From an uncultured archaeon (lineage in GTDB: Archaea > Micrarchaeota > Micrarchaeia > Norongarragalinales > CABMDW01): DNA of 36,717 nucleotides. The position numbers and the translations under genes were made by a program. Of the stretch, positions 19,853 to 27,725 are shown one piece after another. The first letter of the stretch is position 1, and each line of letters starts with the position of its first letter. The stretch is from NCBI GenBank assembly GCA_902385045.1, contig CABMDW010000108.1, positions 1 through 36,717 on the forward strand, read 5' to 3'. The notes beneath the pieces were generated by a model. The model was not told the DNA's origin and searched no databases. It worked only from the letters and a program-made list of their open reading frames with translations.

Positions 19853-20272
19853 ATGGAGAAAATTCTTTGGCTAAGATTCGGAGGCAGTAGATTGCATTCC
19901 TTGAAAATAATTGGAGTATTTCTAATGTTTGCAAGCGCATTTCAAATTGCAGGCAGTTTCTATTCTTTATTCGTAACATTAAATCAAGCTGGAGCAGCTT
20001 TTAACAAACCAGATTATGTTCCAACATTCTTTACATGGAGTCTTGGAAGTACGGTTAATAATATTCAATTTACTAGAGAAGACTTTATAGGAGTATCTCT
20101 GAAGCCTGTGGCAGAATTATTGTTCTGGATTGCAATGGGAATATTATCTACGCTAGTCTATCAAGCTGGTAGTGTTTTCTTTCCAATAGAAGAACGAGAA
20201 CAGAACATAGCAGAACATCATAGGAAGCTTATTCAAAGAGTCGCACAAGCCAGTAAAATGAAAAAGAGATAA
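19853..20272 (+). CDS. Hypothetical two-TM membrane protein
   Basis: Two hydrophobic segments and a basic C-terminus; fills the gap between known genes. Confidence 0.65.
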   Translation: MEKILWLRFGGSRLHSLKIIGVFLMFASAFQIAGSFYSLFVTLNQAGAAFNKPDYVPTFFTWSLGSTVNNIQFTREDFIGVSLKPVAELLFWIAMGILSTLVYQAGSVFFPIEEREQNIAEHHRKLIQRVAQASKMKKR

Positions 20273-20353
20273 ATTCGTATTCTTTTAGCATCAATATACG
20301 ATAATTATCGAAAAAACAAAATGCTTTAAAGCATTTCAGTCAAAATAGTTAAC

Positions 20354-21127
20354 ATGGACTGGAAGAAAATTATTACCATACTACTAATAGTAGCGTTTGC
20401 CGGAGAAATAGTAGTTTTGAGTTTTACCTCAACTAGCGCACCAGCAAATAATACTACTGAAACTTCAGTTCCTACTTCAACTCCAGCACCAGTATTATTT
20501 TCCGGAAAAGGATATAGTCAAATACAAATTCTAAATCTCAGTGGAAAAGGATATTTCCAATGTGCTGGCGAAACTACAGATTTAACTCAAATAATAAATA
20601 ATTCAAAATTATTTGATAGCATATCAAGAATACAACCTGGATTTTACAGAATTACTGCTCCAATCAATCTAACTTCAGAAGAATTTACTTCTAAGCAAGT
20701 TAAACTAGAAACATTAGTCAAAAAATACTGTAATAGCACTTTAACATACAGGTTGGGTTCAGTAAGATTACTGCTTCCTGAAGTCAACTTTACTTCTACT
20801 GATGGAAGATCACAAGTAATTAGTACAACACAACTAGAAAATTACTTTTACGATCAAGGTAGCACTGTCAACGCATTACTAATACCTACGTTTAAAGTGA
20901 ATGAAAGCGGTTATGCTGAAATGTATACTAGCACTCACGATTATGCAATAGACCCTAGTCAAGGAGATGTAGTTATAATAGAGCAAATAAATCCATTTGC
21001 ATCTTTATTTAATCAAAATACAAGCACTGATAATACTACTACAGTAAAGACAAACAATACTAATTCAACAGTAAACAGTACAGTAACAGTTAATACTAAC
21101 TCAACAAAACTTAATCAAACAAAATGA
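20354..21127 (+). CDS. Membrane-anchored or secreted protein with Asn/Thr-rich C-terminal tail
   Basis: N-terminal hydrophobic signal, Thr/Ser/Pro linker, and a tail dense in N-x-S/T sequons. Confidence 0.72.
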   Translation: MDWKKIITILLIVAFAGEIVVLSFTSTSAPANNTTETSVPTSTPAPVLFSGKGYSQIQILNLSGKGYFQCAGETTDLTQIINNSKLFDSISRIQPGFYRITAPINLTSEEFTSKQVKLETLVKKYCNSTLTYRLGSVRLLLPEVNFTSTDGRSQVISTTQLENYFYDQGSTVNALLIPTFKVNESGYAEMYTSTHDYAIDPSQGDVVIIEQINPFASLFNQNTSTDNTTTVKTNNTNSTVNSTVTVNTNSTKLNQTK

Positions 21128-21140
21128 GGTTGTTAAAAAT

Positions 21141-21815
21141 ATGAATCCAAAGAATAATGACGTAGTAGAACTTATGCTCACTACAATGAATCAAGATAAT
21201 GCAGTTTATGACACTAATGACATTGAAGTAGCAAAAAAAAATAATATCTTTGACGAGAGAATAAGATATGAACCATTCGTAATTCCTTTAGGAAAAAATA
21301 GGATTGTCAAAAAACTTGAAGAAGAAGTTTTGAAAGCAAACGAAAACGAAGAAAAAACAATTGAAGTTGAAAATCCTTTCGGAGAAAGAAAAGCAGAACT
21401 AGTAAGAGTAATGTCAATGAACGAATTCAGAAGCCAAGACATTAACCCTTTTCCTGGAATGCCTATTGAAATTGAAGGATTGAAAGGAAAAGTCCAAAGC
21501 GTTTCTGGAGGAAGAGTGCGTGTTGATTTTAACCATGACTTGGCAGGCCAAAACGTAAAATACACGTTCAAAATATTAAAAATTGGTTCAACTCCAGCAG
21601 ACAAAGCAGGAATGCTAGTCAAGGCTTACTTAAAACAATTTGGAGAAACAACTCAAAAAATTGAAGGAGAAAAATTAATTGTAGAAGCAAACAAAAAAGT
21701 TGCCAAGACAATTGACTATCAAACCCAAAAAATAAGATTGATAGGAGATACTTTAGCCATTGTTCCTGAAGTAAAAGAAGTAGAATTCAAGGAAACATAC
21801 GGAGTACAAAACTAA
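21141..21815 (+). CDS. Long-type archaeal FKBP peptidyl-prolyl isomerase (SlyD-like)
   Basis: YDTN, FGER, PFPGM, VSGGRVRVDFNHDLAG. Confidence 0.93.
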   Translation: MNPKNNDVVELMLTTMNQDNAVYDTNDIEVAKKNNIFDERIRYEPFVIPLGKNRIVKKLEEEVLKANENEEKTIEVENPFGERKAELVRVMSMNEFRSQDINPFPGMPIEIEGLKGKVQSVSGGRVRVDFNHDLAGQNVKYTFKILKIGSTPADKAGMLVKAYLKQFGETTQKIEGEKLIVEANKKVAKTIDYQTQKIRLIGDTLAIVPEVKEVEFKETYGVQN

Positions 21816-21861
21816 AAATCTTTTAAGCAATTGAATACACTAATTAGTTAGCACGAGCTTT

Positions 21862-21952
21862 GGGCCCGTAGTCGAATGGTAAGACGCCTCTCTCACAAAT
21901 TAAATACAATTGAGTACAGAGGAGATCCGGAGTCCGATTATCCGCGGGCCCA
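21862..21952 (+). tRNA. tRNA-Val (anticodon CAC) with a 19-nt intron at 37/38 (21898-21916)
   Basis: Acceptor GGGCCCG/CGGGCCC, anticodon stem CCTCT/AGAGG. BHB motif: CTCA pairs with intron TGAG, flanked by 3-nt bulges CAA and TAC. T-arm is atypical (CGGAG-TCCGATT-ATCCG). Confidence 0.9.
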
Positions 21953-21960
21953 CTAAAAAA

Positions 21961-22731
21961 TTATTTCTTGAAAAATTCAACTATTTTACTAATAGAAGTA
22001 GAATCCAGCATGTTAGCGCCATGACCTTCATTTTGTAATTTAACAAAAGTTAAAGATCCAGTATAATTGTCTTGTATTTTCTGTGAAGAATCAAAAGCAT
22101 AAGTATCTTCGTTGCTTGCAAAAATAAGAAGAATTGGGCCGTTGCTTTGATTTAGATCATCAACAATACTTACTCCCCTGTAACTTAATCCGGGAGATAA
22201 TAGCACTGCCTTGCCAATATTATGCTTTGAAGCAAAATTAAATGCAAGATTAGCTCCAATACTCGCTCCAACAAATCCGATTAATTGAACGTTATTAGAC
22301 TTAAGGTAATTTGCTGCGGCATCAACGTCATTTTGCATGCTAATAAAATCTTGATCAGTGAATTGAAACATTTGCTTTGGATAAATGGTTTCACCCATTC
22401 CTCTCAAATCAATTGAAAGAGTAGTAATATTATTTTTGTTTAATTCTTTTTCTAAAGCAATGAAACTAGATTTGTCTTTTCCAATTTGAGGCAATAATAT
22501 GACTCCATGATTAGAGGTTTTATTAAAATCAAAACTTAAGTTAGCACCATCAATCGTTTGAATATAATTTCCTGAAGCTTGGATTGTAACAATTTGGGTA
22601 GTTGAAGAAGAATTGTTAAAATCTGATTTAGCTGCTTGGGCTGCAGAATTAAGTTGGTTAAAACCACTTAAAGCTAAATAGAATAATATGCCAGAAGAAA
22701 TGAGTATTAAAATCAACGTAGAAGTTTTCAT
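21961..22731 (-). CDS. Membrane-anchored alpha/beta hydrolase
   Basis: N-terminal TM, DLRGMGE, nucleophile elbow GASIG, LLSPG, ED, GHG. Confidence 0.88.
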   Translation of the reverse strand: MKTSTLILILISSGILFYLALSGFNQLNSAAQAAKSDFNNSSSTTQIVTIQASGNYIQTIDGANLSFDFNKTSNHGVILLPQIGKDKSSFIALEKELNKNNITTLSIDLRGMGETIYPKQMFQFTDQDFISMQNDVDAAANYLKSNNVQLIGFVGASIGANLAFNFASKHNIGKAVLLSPGLSYRGVSIVDDLNQSNGPILLIFASNEDTYAFDSSQKIQDNYTGSLTFVKLQNEGHGANMLDSTSISKIVEFFKK

Positions 22732-22744
22732 AAATAATTAATCC

Positions 22745-23305
22745 TTAAGGTATAATGTTCCCTACTTCATCCAAAGCAATGAATTTCTTGTCAGAACCCT
22801 GTTGCCATAATACAAGCCAATAAGGATCTCTTTTCAAAGTTTTAGTAAAATCATTAACTCCAGTCCATAGGAGAGGGCAACAAGTGGTGTCAATAACATC
22901 GGGTTTTGAAGCGCATGCTCTTCCGCCCTTAGAAATGATATTTTGAACGTCTAAATCTTTAGAAGAAGCTATTATGGCTTCTTCAGGTTGAATGATTGGA
23001 CCGCTAACATTGCAGTCTTTAACTAAATAAATTTTCCTAGAATAAATTGGGTTCAAATTGTATTCCATTTCAACTAAAGAAGGACAATTTGAATTAGGAT
23101 TGAGTGAAACAAAAGCGATTATTTTACTAGAGTTTTGTTCGCTATAATTCAAGCTTCTTATGCAGAAATCATTGAATTGAGTAGAAATGTCGTTTTCAAT
23201 TTTTTTGGAAATATCTAACGAAACTCCCTTCGAAGTAGAAGGAGCAGACAAATTTAACACTAATAAGACTGCTAAAAGGATTAACAGTAGAGTCCAAAAT
23301 TTCAT
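22745..23305 (-). CDS. Hypothetical secreted Cys-containing protein
   Basis: Signal-like N-terminus MKFWTLLLILLAVLLVL; six Cys. Confidence 0.68.
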   Translation of the reverse strand: MKFWTLLLILLAVLLVLNLSAPSTSKGVSLDISKKIENDISTQFNDFCIRSLNYSEQNSSKIIAFVSLNPNSNCPSLVEMEYNLNPIYSRKIYLVKDCNVSGPIIQPEEAIIASSKDLDVQNIISKGGRACASKPDVIDTTCCPLLWTGVNDFTKTLKRDPYWLVLWQQGSDKKFIALDEVGNIIP

Positions 23306-23369
23306 TGCTAATAATATATTCTTTGAACGTATTTAATTATTAAACCTTAAACAAAAATGGTGAATTTTA

Positions 23370-23828
23370 ATGAAAATAACGGTAATAGAATGTTCTGAAA
23401 ATGCTTTTTCAGTATACAATGAATTGGTTTTGGAAGCACAACACCTTACTTCAGATTTGACGTTAAATAAACTAGAATGTCCTCTAGCGGAAAAAACTCA
23501 TGTGTTCGTTAAGAAAGCTTTGCTTAGTGGAAGTGATGCAGTAATTTATTGCGTTGATTCTCATGCTGCAGATGAAGCAAGCTTGGCGCATTTACGAGAA
23601 TTAATTGAAAAACTGGAATTAGAAACAGGAAAAATGTGTTTAGAATGTTCTCCTACTTTCAAAAATGACAAAGAAGAATATTCAAAGGAAGCACTAAAAG
23701 AATTAACTACAATAATAAAAATAATTTTAGATTCCGAAGGATACTCTGTAAAAGCAGAGTCTACATCTAATCCTGAAGAAAATAAGGAAGAAATTCTCGA
23801 CGTGGATAAAGGAAAAAGCTTGTTCTAA
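23370..23828 (+). CDS. Divergent lumazine-synthase-fold protein (archaeal riboflavin synthase RibC-like)
   Basis: Pattern KITVIE...LECP...VKKAL..GSDAVI...LELETGKMCLE parallels archaeal RibC (KIGIVD...TVPG...KKL....CD.V...QLMT.K.IIE, from memory). Confidence 0.5.
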   Translation: MKITVIECSENAFSVYNELVLEAQHLTSDLTLNKLECPLAEKTHVFVKKALLSGSDAVIYCVDSHAADEASLAHLRELIEKLELETGKMCLECSPTFKNDKEEYSKEALKELTTIIKIILDSEGYSVKAESTSNPEENKEEILDVDKGKSLF

Positions 23829-24151
23829 TTGCTCAAATCAATTATTGATTGAGCTAAATCTCCATTGTTCTTTGTCAAAGTTTGTTTTGCTATTTCAGAA
23901 GTACAACCGGTTTTTTCAATTAGTAATTTAACGTCTTCTTCAGAAAACAAACTTGTTTTTTCAGTTACCTTCCCCGAAATTTGAAAACTTTGTTCTCCTT
24001 TCATGTCAATCAATTGAACTTTCGGGTCTGAAACAACGTAAATCTTATCCTTGCCTTTAATGATGACTTCACTAGCATCAACATCTTTAACGTTAATACC
24101 CATTTGACGCATCATTGCTTGCATTTGTCTTGGGTCCATTCCTGGCATCAT
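23825..24151 (-). CDS. nac: Nascent polypeptide-associated complex (NAC) protein
   Basis: MMPGMDPRQMQAMMRQMGI, SFQISG, C-terminal UBA-like GDLAQSIIDL. Start moved to ATG 24151. Confidence 0.95.
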   Translation of the reverse strand: MMPGMDPRQMQAMMRQMGINVKDVDASEVIIKGKDKIYVVSDPKVQLIDMKGEQSFQISGKVTEKTSLFSEEDVKLLIEKTGCTSEIAKQTLTKNNGDLAQSIIDLSN

Positions 24152-24209
24152 AATAATACATTTTAAAATAAGTTTAATAAAAATACTGTTGTTCAATCAA
24201 GTGAATCCA

Positions 24210-24620
24210 ATGACTATAAGATTTTACGATCATACTGCAGACATTAAGTTTAGAGTAACTGAAACTAGTTTCAATACGTTACTCGAAAATGCCTCTAAAG
24301 CAATGTTTAGCGTCATAGCAAAAACCAGAACACTCAAAGAAGACAAGCAAGTGAAAATAAAAGTAAAAGTAAAAAAAAATGATGAATTAATAATAAGATT
24401 ATTAAGTGAATTGCTGACGTTGCATCAGACTAAAGAATTATTCTTTAAAAGACTAAAAATTATTAAAACAGATAAAAAAACATTTGTTGAAGCAATTGCC
24501 TATGGAGAAAAAATGACGCCACAAAAAGGAAGAATTGATGTCAAGGCCGTAACTTTCCATGAATTCAATTTCAGCAAAAAAGACAAAAAACTCTCTTGCA
24601 CTATAATTTTAGACATTTAA
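24210..24620 (+). CDS. Archease (RtcB cofactor)
   Basis: DHTAD, VKAVTFH, C-terminal ILDI. Start moved to ATG 24210. Confidence 0.93.
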   Translation: MTIRFYDHTADIKFRVTETSFNTLLENASKAMFSVIAKTRTLKEDKQVKIKVKVKKNDELIIRLLSELLTLHQTKELFFKRLKIIKTDKKTFVEAIAYGEKMTPQKGRIDVKAVTFHEFNFSKKDKKLSCTIILDI

Positions 24621-24668
24621 AACCCATCGAAAATAGATTATTAAATTACAAATCGTTAATTTTGCTTA

Positions 24669-25115
24669 ATGAGAGTTCTAAGTTTTCTTTCAATGGCAAT
24701 ATTCATAGGCACTTTTGCAGTTGTATATTTTACTGACTTTAAGGATCCTTTAATGTTCAATCCTCCTTTCTTTCATGATGCTAACAACTTTTACTTGACT
24801 GAAATCGTATCTGCGTTCTTTTCATTCCTTTGCTCAATGCTATTCTTTGGAGCCTCTGGGCCAATAATAGCAATAATACAAGCATCAAGATATGCCAGCA
24901 TACTTGCGACTTCAAATTCTAATTTGAACCTGATAGCCACGGCACTATTAGCCATACCGAATCTATTATTCGTGATAGCCGGAACGGAATACGGTGGAAA
25001 ATACTTGGATCAAATGAACGGAGAAGACAAAACTTTGAACGGTAGAACTGAATTAATTTTAGGAGCACTAGCAATGGTAATAGTCATTCTACTCAAAGTG
25101 GTGATTGCAGGTTAA
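24669..25115 (+). CDS. Hypothetical polytopic membrane protein (weak SpoIIM-like pattern)
   Basis: About 4-5 TM segments; stop overlaps the next start (TAATG). Confidence 0.7.
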   Translation: MRVLSFLSMAIFIGTFAVVYFTDFKDPLMFNPPFFHDANNFYLTEIVSAFFSFLCSMLFFGASGPIIAIIQASRYASILATSNSNLNLIATALLAIPNLLFVIAGTEYGGKYLDQMNGEDKTLNGRTELILGALAMVIVILLKVVIAG

Positions 25116-25627
25116 TGCCAGTACTATTTGATATCTTAGGAGATATTGCAAACTTAAGTTTCGTAATAAAAATAATGTGTTTTTCATACTTGACTTACTG
25201 GCTCTATGCTACTTTTTATAATTCTAAAATAATATTCGGAATTGCACTAATTGTGGCAGGTTATTTTACGATAACTTACTCTGATGCTACTACTGCATTA
25301 GTAGCAATATTCGGTTTATTGTTTGTTTTGGGACCACAATTACAGCAGACAATTTGGTTTGGATTGGCTCCACTATTGCAGCCATTCGGAATTGATTTGA
25401 TGGGAAATACGGTAAATCAAAAAATGTCGATGTTAGAACAGGAAAAACATTCGAAAGAATTACAATCAAAGATAGCTGCTGGAGAAGCATCACAAGAAGA
25501 AGTAGAAGCTTTTCAAAGGCAACAACAGTTGCAACAAATGGCAGCTATGGAAGGTCAAGAGGACATTGGCGATGACGTTCCAAATTATGATGCAATGAAA
25601 AAAAGATCTATGATGTTAAGGAGATGA
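25115..25627 (+). CDS. Hypothetical membrane protein, paralog A of the cluster, with a Gln/Glu-rich soluble tail
   Basis: Hydrophobic N-terminal ~95 aa containing YLTYWLYATFYNS; tail QRQQQLQQM. Confidence 0.72.
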   Translation: MPVLFDILGDIANLSFVIKIMCFSYLTYWLYATFYNSKIIFGIALIVAGYFTITYSDATTALVAIFGLLFVLGPQLQQTIWFGLAPLLQPFGIDLMGNTVNQKMSMLEQEKHSKELQSKIAAGEASQEEVEAFQRQQQLQQMAAMEGQEDIGDDVPNYDAMKKRSMMLRR

Positions 25628-25634
25628 AAATAGA

Positions 25635-25931
25635 ATGAGCATATTTGATGACATTGGAAACATTTTCAACATAATTTGGATAATAGCACTTGCATTCATC
25701 GCTTACTGGCTATATAATTGGGCTAAAGAAACATTGGTCTTTTCAAGTACTCTGGCCTATATAGTAGCAGGAATATTGATTTACTATCTAGTATTTGAAT
25801 ATCCTGTCATAGGATTTTTAGGAGTTACTGGATGGATTATAATAACTTCAGGATTGTTAATGGGATTAGCAATATTTGCTCCAGTATTCGGAAACATCAT
25901 GTATAAAATGAAAAAAGGTGAAGGCCAATGA
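25635..25931 (+). CDS. Hypothetical small membrane protein, paralog B
   Basis: 98 aa, ~3 TM; WLYNWAKETLVFSSTLA...LVFEYP. Confidence 0.72.
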   Translation: MSIFDDIGNIFNIIWIIALAFIAYWLYNWAKETLVFSSTLAYIVAGILIYYLVFEYPVIGFLGVTGWIIITSGLLMGLAIFAPVFGNIMYKMKKGEGQ

Positions 25932-26215
25932 GTTTGAGAAAAACTCTTGCTTTGTACAGAAAAACAAAATTAGAAAGAAATATTTGGGTTGACAAAAAAT
26001 GGCGTTTCCTAGCGTTTATTTTATTCGCATTATTTTTATGGGCATTTTACGCATGGATTCTAAACTATGATGCTTCTACATTCAGATGGTTTTTAGCAGG
26101 AATATTAATAGGATTCTGTGTTGCATCATTAGTAATAGAAATAGAACATTTACTTGGATTGTATAAAGTAGTAAAACACATGGACAAGAAAAATGTTAAG
26201 AAGATGAAAAAATGA
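25928..26215 (+). CDS. Hypothetical two-TM protein with basic termini
   Basis: ATGA overlaps with both neighbours; AAGGTGA upstream. Confidence 0.7.
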   Translation: MSLRKTLALYRKTKLERNIWVDKKWRFLAFILFALFLWAFYAWILNYDASTFRWFLAGILIGFCVASLVIEIEHLLGLYKVVKHMDKKNVKKMKK

Positions 26216-26445
26216 TTGAATTGAGTTTTATTCAAGATTTCGGGCTAGTAATAGTGATACTAGTGTTTTTTGCAGTGTACAGTTACTTGAATAATTCTTT
26301 AATAAAAAATCCAAGTTTAGCATTATTCGTGACCATAATAATAATGCTTTTACTCGTAATTCCTTATGATTGGTTCAAAATACTGTTGTTTCTAGCTCTC
26401 GTGTTTTACGGCTTCTTCCAAACGTTTAAGCCTTGGGAATGGTAA
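26212..26445 (+). CDS. Hypothetical small membrane protein, paralog C
   Basis: 77 aa, ~3 TM; AVYSYLNNSLIKNPSLA...LVIPYD. Confidence 0.7.
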   Translation: MIELSFIQDFGLVIVILVFFAVYSYLNNSLIKNPSLALFVTIIIMLLLVIPYDWFKILLFLALVFYGFFQTFKPWEW

Positions 26446-26451
26446 AATAAA

Positions 26452-26730
26452 ATGGTTGACTTCACGTTTTTTATTTTAATAATATTTGCAGTTCTAGCTT
26501 TGCTTCAAGGTAATTTATACATTGGAATAGGATTATTTGTTGTAGCCGTACTTGTAACAAAAGATAAATTATTCATAATAGTAGGACTCTTAGCGGGAGC
26601 TTACTTTGTTGCAAGTAAATACTTGAACTGGGACTTGCCAAGCTGGATTAATTTGATAATACTTGGAATAATCATGGTTTTAATTCTTAGAAACATGAAA
26701 GAAGAGCCAATGCCGCAACAATACTATTAA
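26452..26730 (+). CDS. Hypothetical small membrane protein
   Basis: 92 aa, almost entirely hydrophobic; 6-nt gap from the previous gene. Confidence 0.7.
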   Translation: MVDFTFFILIIFAVLALLQGNLYIGIGLFVVAVLVTKDKLFIIVGLLAGAYFVASKYLNWDLPSWINLIILGIIMVLILRNMKEEPMPQQYY

Positions 26731-26785
26731 CTCATTAATAAAAATATAAAAACAGTTTAAAAGCAAAGTAAATTAATACATTAAT

Positions 26786-27115
26786 ATGAAGACCATTACC
26801 TTCTTGGCTTTAAGCATTCTAGCATTTTACTTTGTTACAATTAATGAATACTTCATATCTTTTCTAGTACTGATTTCAATGGTTATAGCAATCGTATATG
26901 AAGGATTCAAACTACCTCACGTTGAGGGACACGGTAGCGGACATGCCGGTTCAGCACATGCGGGGCATGATAATCATCAGCCTAATATTGGAGCTAGTAT
27001 TGGTTCAATATTTGATTGGTTTGGAAGAAGCATGACCACACTAATTAGAGCCTTAAGTGGAGAGCCGAAACCAGAAAAAAAAGCTGAAACTGGAAAAAGC
27101 GACGGACATCACTAA
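26786..27115 (+). CDS. Hypothetical membrane protein with a His/Gly-rich linker
   Basis: Hydrophobic hairpin, then HVEGHGSGHAGSAHAGHDNH, an amphipathic helix and C-terminal GHH. Confidence 0.7.
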   Translation: MKTITFLALSILAFYFVTINEYFISFLVLISMVIAIVYEGFKLPHVEGHGSGHAGSAHAGHDNHQPNIGASIGSIFDWFGRSMTTLIRALSGEPKPEKKAETGKSDGHH

Positions 27116-27160
27116 TCAACAAAAAGCTTTAAAATCAATTAAAACAAGAAAACTTACGCT

Positions 27161-27316
27161 ATGGCATTTCCATTTTTTGGTTTAGTAAACATAATGGGGC
27201 TAATAGACGTAATAGCAGGAATAATACTACTTAATTCTGGTTCTTCAATTTCGGGCTTTCTAGGAATATGCTTGCTAATAAAAGGAGCAATAAGCGTGTT
27301 TTCAGTAGAAGCTTAG
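27161..27316 (+). CDS. 51-aa hydrophobic hairpin microprotein (not in ORF track)
   Basis: MAFPFFGLVNIMGLIDVIAGIILLNSGSSISGFLGICLLIKGAISVFSVEA*; fills the gap exactly, with a TTTAAA box at ~27128. Confidence 0.65.
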   Translation: MAFPFFGLVNIMGLIDVIAGIILLNSGSSISGFLGICLLIKGAISVFSVEA

Positions 27317-27317
27317 A

Positions 27318-27599
27318 TTATTTTAACTTAAAAAGTAACTGTCTCTGTGATTCAAGTATTTGTTTATTCAAATCTATTAGAATATCTAATTTAGTTTTAA
27401 GTTCAGAATAATCTGGAGTATTAACCTGAGAAACAATATTGACTGGAGCCTGAACTTCTTTGGGCTTTTCAACAGCTTCAAGGGCTTGTGATACTAAAGT
27501 TTCTGCATTTTCTACACCCATTTGATTAAGCGTAGTAATTATGTCGTCCTTATTCATTCCCTTAGATACTAAATCTCTAATGATTTCATTAATTTCCAT
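27318..27599 (-). CDS. Small helical protein with a C-terminal coiled coil
   Basis: IRDLVSKGMNKDDIITTLNQMGV helical bundle, Pro linker, heptad ELKTKLDILIDLNKQILESQRQLL. Confidence 0.7.
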   Translation of the reverse strand: MEINEIIRDLVSKGMNKDDIITTLNQMGVENAETLVSQALEAVEKPKEVQAPVNIVSQVNTPDYSELKTKLDILIDLNKQILESQRQLLFKLK

Positions 27600-27725
27600 A
27601 AAACAGTTTCACTTTTTACGTTATTTAATCTTTGCACATTGTTCTTTATTTGAAGCAATAATTCAAATTTTATGGAAACATAAGGAACATATAATTTTTA
27701 ATGGATACCCACGTGAATAATATAG

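Noticed and set aside
18369..21960. Integrated element bounded by the tRNA genes
   Set aside because: The enclosed genes are core (scpB, pcn, FKBP), and no integrase or duplicated tRNA 3' end was seen.
27593..27678. 11-bp inverted repeat TTTCCATAAAA / TTTTATGGAAA between divergent genes
   Set aside because: Very AT-rich, one arm overlaps a start codon, and the spacer is 64 nt; chance cannot be excluded.
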